From NCBI GenBank assembly GCA_964388575.1, contig CAYMAZ010000008.1, forward strand, positions 1,821 through 65,820: a DNA stretch of 64,000 nucleotides. Direction: 5' to 3'. The notes below the pieces were generated by a model. It saw nothing but the letters and a program-made list of their open reading frames with translations, was not told where the DNA came from and did no database searches. Within the stretch, counting starts at the first letter, position 1. Each line of letters starts with the position of its first letter. Of the stretch, positions 48,777 through 58,472 are shown in pieces. The position numbers and the translations under genes are program-made. The stretch is from an uncultured Bacteroidales bacterium (lineage in GTDB: Bacteria > Bacteroidota > Bacteroidia > Bacteroidales > DTU049).

Positions 48777-49616
48777 TTATTGACTCGTCTTCAGAAAGAC
48801 AAATCTCTTTTCCTTTGCTGGAATAATTTTCTTTCTGTTCCAATCATAAGTATAGTAATTTTTCAATTTATGAGGTTGTGAATAATTGAAATGAATATAT
48901 CTGTTTAAAAAATAATCAAACAGATACCCTGCATGGGAATGTGCTGCCCCTGAAGTTAACACATAGAAGTCGTATGCATCAATCTCTGTAAAGTTATAAG
49001 AATATGAATATTGTCTTTTCAGCCATTCATAAACAAACCTTCCGTTGATTCTGTCTGACACACTTGATGAAGCAAAAAACAAATGGGATGGAACAGTTGA
49101 GTCAGCATTGACCGGATTCAGTTCCATCCAAACGTTGAACTGATATTCAGAAACAATGGTGTCAAAATACAGGGAATAATCTGTAAAAGGGAGCTCATCA
49201 CTCATCCAAACCCGATGTTCTTCAAATGACATTTGTACTGGTGAAAGCTGCCACATCAATTCTTTATTAATAAAAAACTGAGCAATGCTGTCTGTTTCAT
49301 AAACCCGAAACCCTTTGTCTTTAAGAGTTTCTATCATAATTCTGTCGTAACCAGATTGAATATCTGCAATCAAAGTGTCATCCAAAATATAGGAAATTTT
49401 TTCAGGTTTAAAATAATTCAAAGAATCTCTAAGTTCGTCAGAGCGAAAAAATTCAACCAGAACATTTGGATCTGAGATATACAGAATCGCCGGCAAATCT
49501 TTTTTTTCAACAAATTCTTTTGCAACACGCTGATAGCCTGCACATGCAAATAATAATACACTAAAACAAATACAAAGGTTGAGAAGTTTTTTATTCACCC
49601 CGGGATTGTTTTGCAA
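48777..49616 (-). CDS. Hypothetical lipoprotein
   Basis: 279 aa with a lipobox-like LLFACAG. The start overlaps the fprA 3' end by 26 nt. Confidence 0.45.
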   Translation of the reverse strand: MQNNPGVNKKLLNLCICFSVLLFACAGYQRVAKEFVEKKDLPAILYISDPNVLVEFFRSDELRDSLNYFKPEKISYILDDTLIADIQSGYDRIMIETLKDKGFRVYETDSIAQFFINKELMWQLSPVQMSFEEHRVWMSDELPFTDYSLYFDTIVSEYQFNVWMELNPVNADSTVPSHLFFASSSVSDRINGRFVYEWLKRQYSYSYNFTEIDAYDFYVLTSGAAHSHAGYLFDYFLNRYIHFNYSQPHKLKNYYTYDWNRKKIIPAKEKRFVFLKTSQ

Positions 49617-50838
49617 TCAACATTTCTGCAATTTGGTTACCATATTCCCGTGCTTTTATCAACTGGGGCTCATGTGCAGTGAATTTCACAAACACTGTAT
49701 CATCGGGCATTTCAAGTTTGAGATTTTTAAGATTGGCATAAATCAGTTTTTCACCCTCTCCACTCCATCCGTACGAACCAAATGCTCCACCGATTTTTCC
49801 CCTGTCACGAATTGGATTAATCAACGCAAAAAGTTTGTAAACAGGCAGAAGTATATTCTGATTAATCGTTGGACATCCAACAATAATTGCCTGCGAACGC
49901 GCAATCTTTTCATCCAGTTCACCAACAGGTGTGGTTTCAATGTCCTGAATATCAACTATTGCATCTGGAATTTTAAATTTGACACCTTCTCCAATGGCTC
50001 TGGCGATATCTCCGGTTTTCTGATAAGCAGATACATACGGAATAAAGATGTATTTCTCCAAAGGATATCTCATTGTTTCTTTTGCAAATTCTTCAGACAT
50101 GTCAACATAGCGCTTCCAGTCATTGGTTAGAAGCGGCCCATGACCTGTACAAACCGCTTGAATATCGAGATGCCTGATTTTATCAATTGCCTTTAGCATG
50201 AACTTACTGTAAGGCTTTAAAATCACGTCAAAGTAATATTTGAAAGCGTCATCATAATTTTCAACCTGATTGTCAAACATTCTTTCATCGCAGTAATGAG
50301 CACCGAACGAATCACAGGTAAACAGCACCTTCTCCTTCTCTAGCCATGTATACATTGAATCGGGCCAATGCAGATTGGGTGCAGAAATAAAAGCAAGATC
50401 CATATTCCCCAGTGAAAGAGTATCTCCTTCTTTCACAACCAGATGGGGAAATTCGTAACCTAAAAGATCTTTCATATACCTGATTGCATTTCCACTTCCA
50501 ACGACTTTTGCATTGGGAGAAACCTTAAGCAGATTACCAACATTCCCACTATGATCAGGTTCTGTATGATTAAGAATGATATATTCAATTTCTGAAGGAT
50601 CGCATATCTGTTGAAGTTTCTTCAAATAGACTTCCCAGAATTTTTCTTTGGTAGTTTCGACAACTGCTTTTTTTTCTGCATCAATGAAATAAGAATTATA
50701 TGTTGTTCCGTATTCTGTTGTCATAACAACATCAAAGGTAACAATGTCGTAATCGAGAACTCCAACCCATTTTACTGATGGAGAAACTGTCAACACTTTA
50801 TCATCGGCAATTTTTCTTTGTGAAGCATTATCGGGCAT
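49591..50838 (-). CDS. FprA-family A-type flavodiiron protein
   Basis: Metallo-beta-lactamase di-iron motif HTEPDHSG, plus a C-terminal flavodoxin domain (IIVGCPTINQN...GSYGWSGEG). Confidence 0.9.
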   Translation of the reverse strand: MPDNASQRKIADDKVLTVSPSVKWVGVLDYDIVTFDVVMTTEYGTTYNSYFIDAEKKAVVETTKEKFWEVYLKKLQQICDPSEIEYIILNHTEPDHSGNVGNLLKVSPNAKVVGSGNAIRYMKDLLGYEFPHLVVKEGDTLSLGNMDLAFISAPNLHWPDSMYTWLEKEKVLFTCDSFGAHYCDERMFDNQVENYDDAFKYYFDVILKPYSKFMLKAIDKIRHLDIQAVCTGHGPLLTNDWKRYVDMSEEFAKETMRYPLEKYIFIPYVSAYQKTGDIARAIGEGVKFKIPDAIVDIQDIETTPVGELDEKIARSQAIIVGCPTINQNILLPVYKLFALINPIRDRGKIGGAFGSYGWSGEGEKLIYANLKNLKLEMPDDTVFVKFTAHEPQLIKAREYGNQIAEMLIAKQSRGE

Positions 50839-50858
50839 GGTTACATATTTTAAGTTTG

Positions 50859-50866
50859 CAAATTTA
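50859..50866 (-). promoter_or_regulatory. Putative -7 box (TAAATTTG)
   Basis: Exact TAnnTTTG match 20 nt upstream of ATG 50838. Confidence 0.45.
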
Positions 50867-51022
50867 CTCTTTTTTTGTCAGATTATGATAAACAAAATTC
50901 ATCACTTGACTTCCATTCTTAAGGGTTTCAGAAAGAAACAGTATTGTTAATTGCCCCTTGACAGTTTCAGATCAAATACAGCTGCAGCAAATCGAATACA
51001 AATTATAATTATGCATTTTTTC

Positions 51023-51030
51023 TATTTTTG
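51023..51030 (+). promoter_or_regulatory. Putative -7 box (TATTTTTG)
   Basis: Exact TAnnTTTG match 45 nt upstream of ATG 51076. Confidence 0.4.
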
Positions 51031-51075
51031 CAGACTCAAATTAGCAGGTAAATTCATTCTCAAAAAACAACCACT

Positions 51076-51834
51076 ATGAAAAGAATTTTTCAACTATTGG
51101 TATTTGGAGCATATATATGTTTTTCAAACTTCACTACCGGACAAGTGTTAAATATTGAAGATGAGCGGATCGTTACTGATACGACTGGGTGGGCCGGGAG
51201 TACCAAACTATCTTTTGACTTTTCAAAAAACACTGTTGAATTATTGAAGAGTGGAATAAACATGCATGTTCAGTATAAAACTGATAAAAGCCTGTACCTT
51301 TTACTTGGTGATTACAAATTAACCAAAGGCACTGACACTGAATATGAAAATGCAGGAATAATTCATCTGCGCTATAATTACAAGTTTCTTGACTGGTTGA
51401 CCGGAGAGGCGTTTATCCAGTCACAGTTTAATAAAATGCTGAAAATTGACCAAAGATCCCTGACCGGCGCAGGACCTCGTTTCCGGGTGATCAAAACCAA
51501 GCCCTTTCGTTTGTATTTTGCTTCTTTGTACATGTATGAATACGAAGAACTTAAAGAATTTGACAAATACAACAGAGATCACCGCATCAGTTCTTATATG
51601 TCATTTTTCCTCAAACTGGGAGAAACACTCATGCTCACCAACACAACGTATTTTCAGCCCAAAATCATTCAATTCAACGATTTCAGAATTTCTTCGCAAT
51701 TGAACCTGATCTTTAAAATTTCGAAATTCACTTCATATATGCTTTCCTATCACTATTATCTAGACAAATATCCGACTCCAACAATCCCACAGGAAACACA
51801 CAGTCTAACAAACTCATTGATTTTTAATTTCTAA
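51076..51834 (+). CDS. Outer-membrane beta-barrel protein, DUF481-like
   Basis: Signal peptide, alternating-hydrophobic strands, and a C-terminal aromatic residue (...SLIFNF). Segments such as WAGSTKLSFDFSKNT and GAGPRFRV resemble DUF481. Confidence 0.5.
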   Translation: MKRIFQLLVFGAYICFSNFTTGQVLNIEDERIVTDTTGWAGSTKLSFDFSKNTVELLKSGINMHVQYKTDKSLYLLLGDYKLTKGTDTEYENAGIIHLRYNYKFLDWLTGEAFIQSQFNKMLKIDQRSLTGAGPRFRVIKTKPFRLYFASLYMYEYEELKEFDKYNRDHRISSYMSFFLKLGETLMLTNTTYFQPKIIQFNDFRISSQLNLIFKISKFTSYMLSYHYYLDKYPTPTIPQETHSLTNSLIFNF

Positions 51835-51874
51835 AATCAATTATTGGCAGAAAAGTTCAGTTGTTTTTTTTATA

Positions 51875-54610
51875 TCAAATATCAAAATCAAACAATGTCA
51901 TCTGCTCATTGTTTTTTGAGTTTGAATCTTCATCAGGCTTTGTGGGATCAGGGAGTTCTGATTCACTATTTTTTTCCGGATGGTTTCCGGAAGATGCTGG
52001 ATGCTGTTCAACTGAAGTATTGTTTCCGTTCATTTCCTTTTCAGTCAATTCATCTTCAGAATCAGATGTCTGCACCTGCATGTCATCAAGATCGAACGTT
52101 TCAATTTTATGAATTTCAATTTCTTTAATATTTTGATTCGTCAGTTTTTTGCCTTTGGCTTTGAAACTTTTAACTCCAATGTATTCCGAAATAATGAGCA
52201 ACTGATCTGGTTTTTCTTTTTTGTCTTTTTCTTTTTTAAAAATTATCTTTAATTCAGCGTCCCTGTACTCGATGAATTTGATCAGTTTATTTCCGGCTGC
52301 TGCATCAATAAAATCATATGTTTTATTAACTGTCCCTTCTACATTGAATCGCTTCAGGTAGTAGCTTCCACTCGCTGATTCAAAATAAACAACAGAAAAA
52401 ATATCAGAAGATTTAAACTTTTTGACCAGGATCATTCCATCATCAAAATGAATATGCATATGGAAGGGATAAATACAATAAGTGCCATTTTCGTAAAAAG
52501 CAACGATACTATCACTTCCCAAAAAATCACCTAGAAATTCTCCTCTGGAATCAGTATTAAGCCTTCTGGTTTCATAATCATACCAAACTGCAGCAGCTTT
52601 TTGTACAGGCTTACCTTCAATTTTTACTGCGATTTTTCGTATTATATTTCTTGAAATAATATTTCCCTTTGAATTTCTGCCCTTAATAATAATGTCAGCA
52701 AAATCGAAATCAAACTGAAGTTTTTTCAATCTTGGTTTGGGCTTGAGGAAAACTGTGATCGTTTCAGTTTCACCAAGTGGATTTGCTGAGAAATACACAA
52801 CTGATCCCTGATCATTTCCGCATAAGTTATAGTCTTTGTCCCGGATAATTCCCGTCACTGCAAAACGCTTCACATAATATAATTTGGATTTCTGATCCTG
52901 ATAAATCACATTATATGTTGTGTTTTCATCATTTCTTTTGAACACATCAATATGAAGTACATTTTTCCCTATAAAAACTTTTTCTGAGATTTTGGTAACA
53001 AGGTAACTACCGTCTTCCTTGAATGCGATAATTTCATCAATGTCAGAACAATCTGTTACAAACTCATCCCTTTTGAGACCAAAACCTGCAAATCCTTCCT
53101 TTCTGTTAACATAAAGCTTTACATTTGATGCTGCCACTGCAGTAGCTTCGATCTGATCAAAACTTCTGATTTCGGTTTTTCGTTCACGTCCTTTGCCATA
53201 CTTCTGTTTAATTCTTTGAAAGAACGAAACAGCATAATCCACAAGATTATCCAAATAACCCTGTACTTCAGCTATGTCATCTTCAATTGATAAAATGATT
53301 TCATCAGCTTTGAAACTGTCATAACGGGAAATTCTTTTAATTTTGATTTCAGTAAGTCGAATAATATCATCACGTGTAATTTCCCTATAGAACATATGTT
53401 TAAATGGCTCCAGTCCTCTATCAATGGTTTCAATGACAGATTCCCAGGTTTCACATTCCTCAATATCCCGATAAATTCGTTCTTCAATGAAAATTTTTTC
53501 AAGAGATGAAAATAAATGCTGCTCCCTAAGCTCACTCCGTTGAATTTCCAATTCCTTTCGCATCAGTTCAAGGGAGTTCTGAGTTGAGATTCTGAGCATC
53601 GTTTTCACATCCAAAAATGCAGGTCTGGATTCATGGATAACACATGAATTTGGACTAATACTAACTTCACAATCAGTGAAAGCATAAAGAGCATCAATTG
53701 TCTGGTCAGAATTTACACCCGGGGGTAAATGAATAAGTATTTCAACATTGGCAGCAGTGTTATCATCAATTTTTTTAATCTTCACCTTCCCCTTTTCACT
53801 TGCATTAATAATAGAATCAATTAGCGAATTGGTCGTTGTTGTGAAAGGTATTTCATTAATAATCAGAGTCCTTGGATCAGCTTTTGTAATTTTTGCTCTT
53901 ACCCTGATCTTACCGCCCCTCAATCCTTCATTATATCTTGTTATATCTATTGATCCACCTGTAGGGAAATCGGGGAAAATTTCAAAATCTTGTTTTTTTA
54001 ATATTCGAATGGAAGCATCTATGAGCTCATTAAAGTTGTGAGGCATTATTTTTGAAGCCAGTCCAACGGCAATTCCTTCAACACCCTGAGCCAGTAAAAG
54101 AGGAAATTTTACAGGAAAACACACTGGTTCCCTATTTCGTCCATCATAAGAAGAACGCCATTCTGTAATCTTAGGATTAAAGACAACATCAAGAGCAAAT
54201 TTACTCAGTCTTGCCTCAATGTATCTTGGAGCTGCTGCTGAGTCCCCTGTCAGAATATTTCCCCAGTTTCCCTGACAATCAATAAGCAAATCTTTTTGTC
54301 CGAGTTGGACCAATGCATCGCCTATTGAAGCATCTCCGTGTGGATGATACTTCATTGTTTGCCCGATAATGTTTGCAACTTTATTGTAACGCCCGTCATC
54401 CATCTCTTTCATGGCATGCAAAAGTCGCCTCTGAACAGGCTTTAACCCATCCAGAAGTTCAGGAACTGCACGCTCAAGAATAACGTAAGATGCATAATCC
54501 AGAAACCAATTCTCATACATGCCCGAAAGCTGCATAAAGCGTTGACGGTCATGTTTACTTCCATCAGTTTGTAAATGAAATGATCCAATCGCATCTGAAT
54601 CCATCATCAT
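51875..54610 (-). CDS. parC: DNA topoisomerase IV subunit A
   Basis: ERAVPELLDGLKPVQRRLLHAM, YHPHGD, and catalytic AAPRYIEARL. 911 aa with an acidic C-terminal tail. Confidence 0.92.
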   Translation of the reverse strand: MMMDSDAIGSFHLQTDGSKHDRQRFMQLSGMYENWFLDYASYVILERAVPELLDGLKPVQRRLLHAMKEMDDGRYNKVANIIGQTMKYHPHGDASIGDALVQLGQKDLLIDCQGNWGNILTGDSAAAPRYIEARLSKFALDVVFNPKITEWRSSYDGRNREPVCFPVKFPLLLAQGVEGIAVGLASKIMPHNFNELIDASIRILKKQDFEIFPDFPTGGSIDITRYNEGLRGGKIRVRAKITKADPRTLIINEIPFTTTTNSLIDSIINASEKGKVKIKKIDDNTAANVEILIHLPPGVNSDQTIDALYAFTDCEVSISPNSCVIHESRPAFLDVKTMLRISTQNSLELMRKELEIQRSELREQHLFSSLEKIFIEERIYRDIEECETWESVIETIDRGLEPFKHMFYREITRDDIIRLTEIKIKRISRYDSFKADEIILSIEDDIAEVQGYLDNLVDYAVSFFQRIKQKYGKGRERKTEIRSFDQIEATAVAASNVKLYVNRKEGFAGFGLKRDEFVTDCSDIDEIIAFKEDGSYLVTKISEKVFIGKNVLHIDVFKRNDENTTYNVIYQDQKSKLYYVKRFAVTGIIRDKDYNLCGNDQGSVVYFSANPLGETETITVFLKPKPRLKKLQFDFDFADIIIKGRNSKGNIISRNIIRKIAVKIEGKPVQKAAAVWYDYETRRLNTDSRGEFLGDFLGSDSIVAFYENGTYCIYPFHMHIHFDDGMILVKKFKSSDIFSVVYFESASGSYYLKRFNVEGTVNKTYDFIDAAAGNKLIKFIEYRDAELKIIFKKEKDKKEKPDQLLIISEYIGVKSFKAKGKKLTNQNIKEIEIHKIETFDLDDMQVQTSDSEDELTEKEMNGNNTSVEQHPASSGNHPEKNSESELPDPTKPDEDSNSKNNEQMTLFDFDI

Positions 54611-54632
54611 GATTTTTCCTAATCAATTTATT

Positions 54633-56684
54633 CTATTTCCAAAATCGCAGTAAAATTATCTCAATTGCCAAAAATAACAAAGCCAAAATTAAAAATGTTT
54701 TCCACAAATGTTTCCCTTGTATCAACAACTGCATGTCATATTCCAATCCTGCATCGGATTCCAGTATTTCAATACCAGCAGTCTGATTCTGCCGGAATAT
54801 TGAATCCAACTGATTTCTGCTGTAAAACTTCATCATGGATTCTTCATCAGAGTAATTAAACGATACCCCCTGTAATATTTTATCTCCTTCAGTTACAAGG
54901 TAATTCCCTGCATGCTGAATCATGTTGTGAACAAAAAGTGTAGAATGATTTCCTTCACTTTTCAGCTGAGGAATAAAATCAACTGTTTTGTCATGATTCA
55001 CAATTCTGTAGTTATTTCCTTCCGACATATTGTCTGTTTCACCTGAAACTCTGACCGGATCATTGCTTCCGATAGTATAATAAATATCGGAATGTGGTCT
55101 GCTTAAAAAAGCAATTTGATAAAAAACAGGGACAACAATTGCATGTTTATAAAAATCTGTAAATTCACTATTAAAAGGGCTTGTAAAATAGTAAACAGTG
55201 CCCTTCCCGACAGAAGCCATAACAAGAAAAGGTAATCCGTTCTGCATTTTCATCAGAGGTAGTCTCCAGCTCATTCCTGTTTCTACCAATGTCAGATATT
55301 TTTTTACAGATGGCAGATCAATGTCTTTTGGAACTCCTTCAAAAACGCCCTTGAATAGATCATGCCCGAGATTCAGATCAGAAATTCTCAACCCAGCAGG
55401 ACTGATGTTTCCATATGTATCAAGACCCAGGCTGGTCATGAGCTGGTTTAAATTGCCTCCCTTTTCTTTAGCAGGAGGAATAATTAACAGTGACCCTCCG
55501 GCACTTACAAACTCATTGATTTCCTGGATAAATGCACTCCCTGGTTCTTCCACTGCATCCAAAATCACCAGATGTGATTCTCTGACCCTTCCAAACTGTA
55601 GTTGTCTGATACCTGTTGAATTGAAATTAAACAACGGTTCATTTCTGAATATTGCTGCAACAGAATTGCTTAGTTGTTCCTTGCCGTAAACTGCAAGCAC
55701 ATTGATTTCAGGTAAAATTGTAAAAGAAAAATACATTTGATCATCAAATGTCACCGGACTATCCTGTATTTCAACATAACATTGATAAATACCACTCTCT
55801 GCAGGCACAAAGGACATCTCAGCGACAGTTTCTCCATTGGGCGCAAGATCAAAAGATGAGACTGAACGGCGGGATTCGTTTACAAACAGCTCAATTGGAA
55901 CATTTTCATATGGCTCATCTGAATGATTTCTAATTTTGATACTGAGTAAAACCTGCCTGCCTGGTTGTAAGACTGGAGAATCAAACCACACCGAATCGAT
56001 TGCTGCATTTGGCACTGGTGTTCCTTCAACAGGGATCATATACAAAGGGAACAACATTGTATCGGGCAACTGATCAGGATCAATAAAGCTATGCTGAAAG
56101 TCAGATATGACAAAACCAATCGTATTATCAGAAGAAATTTGATGGGATGCCTCCGCAAATTTTATGAGCAAATCATTGAAGGTCATTGAAAAAGATGAAA
56201 TCTGAAGTTCAGATACTTTATCAGAAAATTGCCTGGAAGACAAAGGCCTGAACATTGATGCATCCCGCAAATTTGAAAAAAGCAGAAATCTGTCTGATAC
56301 TGAAAATCCTCCGGCAATACTGAGAGCAATACTTTGTGCTTCACTCAATCTTGAATGATATGACTCACCTGCCTCCATACTGAAGGAATTATCAACGTAT
56401 ACAAAAATAATTTTTTCTTTTACACTATCTGTCGATGCTCCAGACCTGGGAATAAAAGGTCTGGCAAAAGCAATCACAAGAGATACAATTGCAAAAATTC
56501 TCAATAGTAGAATAATGAGATGCTTAATTCTTGATTTTTTTCTGGTTTCGAGCTGGACATTACGCAATAGCCTGGTACTTGAAAAAAGAACAATTCTGAA
56601 CTTTCTCAGTCTGAACAAATGAATAAGCAAAGGCAGTGTTACTGCCAAAAGCCCCCAAAGCACAAAAGGATAAACAAATTGCAT
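54633..56684 (-). CDS. BatA-type N-terminal double-transmembrane domain protein
   Basis: MQFVYPFVLWGLLAVTLPLLIHLFRLRK, then a second TM helix, a large extracytoplasmic region and a C-terminal TM helix. Confidence 0.7.
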   Translation of the reverse strand: MQFVYPFVLWGLLAVTLPLLIHLFRLRKFRIVLFSSTRLLRNVQLETRKKSRIKHLIILLLRIFAIVSLVIAFARPFIPRSGASTDSVKEKIIFVYVDNSFSMEAGESYHSRLSEAQSIALSIAGGFSVSDRFLLFSNLRDASMFRPLSSRQFSDKVSELQISSFSMTFNDLLIKFAEASHQISSDNTIGFVISDFQHSFIDPDQLPDTMLFPLYMIPVEGTPVPNAAIDSVWFDSPVLQPGRQVLLSIKIRNHSDEPYENVPIELFVNESRRSVSSFDLAPNGETVAEMSFVPAESGIYQCYVEIQDSPVTFDDQMYFSFTILPEINVLAVYGKEQLSNSVAAIFRNEPLFNFNSTGIRQLQFGRVRESHLVILDAVEEPGSAFIQEINEFVSAGGSLLIIPPAKEKGGNLNQLMTSLGLDTYGNISPAGLRISDLNLGHDLFKGVFEGVPKDIDLPSVKKYLTLVETGMSWRLPLMKMQNGLPFLVMASVGKGTVYYFTSPFNSEFTDFYKHAIVVPVFYQIAFLSRPHSDIYYTIGSNDPVRVSGETDNMSEGNNYRIVNHDKTVDFIPQLKSEGNHSTLFVHNMIQHAGNYLVTEGDKILQGVSFNYSDEESMMKFYSRNQLDSIFRQNQTAGIEILESDAGLEYDMQLLIQGKHLWKTFLILALLFLAIEIILLRFWK

Positions 56685-56712
56685 AACGAACCTACAGGTT
56701 TACAGTGAGACC

Positions 56713-57138
56713 CTATGAATATTCCTCATTAAGATACGTCTTCAAACGCATGGTAATTATTTCCACAAATTGTTTGAGAGGTTTATCAACCACAACTGAA
56801 AGCATCGGATTGACATCGGCATCAACGACAAATTGAAACTCAGCAGTTGATGGATTTTGAATATTTTGAGTAATCAGTGTTGTCAGAAAAAAAGGCACCG
56901 GGAACCCGCTGTCAGGTGAAGGTTGAATTACAATTTTTGTATCCGGGTCACGTGAAACGTATGTCAGCTTTAATTTCCCCATTCCCTGCACAGAAAACAC
57001 ACAATAATCGGCTGTGGCTTCCCAGTCATGAATCTGTTCCGGTAAAAACTTCTCAAAATGTCTGAAATCAGATAAAAAGTTAAAGATCACACCTGCAGGT
57101 TGGCGAACCTCTTCAACAACACCTTCATATTTACGCAT
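56713..57138 (-). CDS. Hypothetical protein (SRPBCC/START-like candidate)
   Basis: 141 aa. Size and secondary-structure-like pattern only. Starts 3 nt after the pyrE stop. Confidence 0.35.
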   Translation of the reverse strand: MRKYEGVVEEVRQPAGVIFNFLSDFRHFEKFLPEQIHDWEATADYCVFSVQGMGKLKLTYVSRDPDTKIVIQPSPDSGFPVPFFLTTLITQNIQNPSTAEFQFVVDADVNPMLSVVVDKPLKQFVEIITMRLKTYLNEEYS

Positions 57139-57141
57139 AAA

Positions 57142-57786
57142 TTACTTCCCCCATTCTTCTGGTTTTTGTCTCCAATCCTTCAATGTATCAAGCTGCTGAG
57201 TACCGATGATTCCGTTTTCAGATGCTATTTGAATAATGGTTTCATAATCAGAGAGTGTAAATAGTGGACATTTTGCATCTTTAAATTTCTTTTTGGCGAC
57301 ATCAAATCCATAAGTAAAAATGGCAACCATGCCCACAACATTACATCCTGCCTCACGCAAGGCCTGGACAACAGAAATACTGCTTCCACCGGTGGATATC
57401 AAATCTTCAACAACAACAACGTTGCTTCCTGATTCAACATGACCTTCAATGCGGTTCTGCAATCCATGTCCTTTGGATTCTCCTCTCACATAAACAAAGG
57501 GTAATCCCATGTCCTGGGCAACAAGTGCCCCAAGAGCAATCCCTCCAGTTGCAACACCTGCAACAACATTGGGTGTTGCATAACTTTCATTAATACATTT
57601 CACCATTTCCTGTCTCAGGTAAGTTCGGATTACAGGATAAGACAATGTTTTCCTGTTATCACAGTATATGGGAGATTTCCATCCTGAAGCCCAGGTAAAT
57701 GGATTTGCCGGATTCATTTTTATTGCTTTAATTTGCAATAAATATTCAGCAGTTTTTTTGGCACTTTCTAAATTATACAGTCTCAT
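57142..57786 (-). CDS. pyrE: Orotate phosphoribosyltransferase
   Basis: 214 aa with the PRPP-binding motif [14 protein letters not shown]. Confidence 0.95.
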   Translation of the reverse strand: MRLYNLESAKKTAEYLLQIKAIKMNPANPFTWASGWKSPIYCDNRKTLSYPVIRTYLRQEMVKCINESYATPNVVAGVATGGIALGALVAQDMGLPFVYVRGESKGHGLQNRIEGHVESGSNVVVVEDLISTGGSSISVVQALREAGCNVVGMVAIFTYGFDVAKKKFKDAKCPLFTLSDYETIIQIASENGIIGTQQLDTLKDWRQKPEEWGK

Positions 57787-58414
57787 GGTGCAAAAATATA
57801 AAGTTTTTTACAAATCCAATGAAATTGTTTTTGAAAATTCTCCACCTCAGGACATCTGCAATAATCAGGTACACTCCATGATCAACCCTGAGAACAAGCA
57901 GCTGATGACTGCACTTAATGCGTGTTTCATTGAGAATACAGGGATTTCAAAATTACACGTTATTTCCAGTGATCCTGAAACAGCCTTTCAAAATTTCATC
58001 AAAAACCTTTTTCTGATTGAAGCTGCCGGAGGAATTATAATCAACGAACAGAAGGAATGGTTGCTCATCAAAAGAAGTGGTGTATGGGATCTTCCAAAAG
58101 GAAAAGTAGATGCAGGCGAAACTATCAAACAGGCTGCAATTCGTGAAGTCAAAGAAGAAACAGGGATTGAATCTGTGAGTATTGTTAAGGAGCTGAGTCC
58201 CACCTATCATATTTACCCACTTGATCATGAATGGGTATTTAAAAAGACATACTGGTTTCTTATGCTTGGCTCAAAAGGGAGATTGCGACCTCAAGCTGAA
58301 GAAAGAATTTCAGAAGCTGTTTGGATGAATGAACACTCTATAAAAAAAGTAATTCCTCTCATGTACGCCTCCCTCTTAAATGTTATCAAGGAAGCAGGTG
58401 TGATCTTTTATTAG
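57785..58414 (+). CDS. NUDIX hydrolase
   Basis: Nudix box [22 protein letters not shown]. Start taken as ATG 57785 ([16 protein letters not shown]...); the track's longer ORF runs antisense through pyrE. Confidence 0.8.
   Translation: MVQKYKVFYKSNEIVFENSPPQDICNNQVHSMINPENKQLMTALNACFIENTGISKLHVISSDPETAFQNFIKNLFLIEAAGGIIINEQKEWLLIKRSGVWDLPKGKVDAGETIKQAAIREVKEETGIESVSIVKELSPTYHIYPLDHEWVFKKTYWFLMLGSKGRLRPQAEERISEAVWMNEHSIKKVIPLMYASLLNVIKEAGVIFY
57791..57798 (-). promoter_or_regulatory. Putative -7 box (TATTTTTG) 4 nt from the pyrE ATG
   Basis: The minus strand reads TATTTTTGcaccATG. The box lies inside the NUDIX coding region. Confidence 0.35.
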
Positions 58415-58438
58415 CTTTAAGAATCAAATTTCAACTTT

Positions 58439-58446
58439 TACTTTTG
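58439..58446 (+). promoter_or_regulatory. Putative -7 box (TACTTTTG)
   Basis: Exact TAnnTTTG match 26 nt upstream of ATG 58473. Confidence 0.45.
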
Positions 58447-58472
58447 TAAAAATAAACACAATTGATTTTATC

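Noticed and set aside
49579-50130. 183-aa plus-strand ORF
   Set aside because: It is fully antisense to the fprA flavodoxin domain and has no motifs.
51844-52128. Two overlapping plus-strand ORFs (94 and 83 aa)
   Set aside because: They are antisense to the low-complexity acidic tail of parC, where the repetitive codon composition keeps the opposite frames open.
55198-55689. 163-aa plus-strand ORF (the same applies to 4369-4845, 38676-39125 and 20736-21104)
   Set aside because: All are antisense, or in an alternate frame, within longer motif-supported genes. They are typical long shadow ORFs in AT-rich coding DNA.
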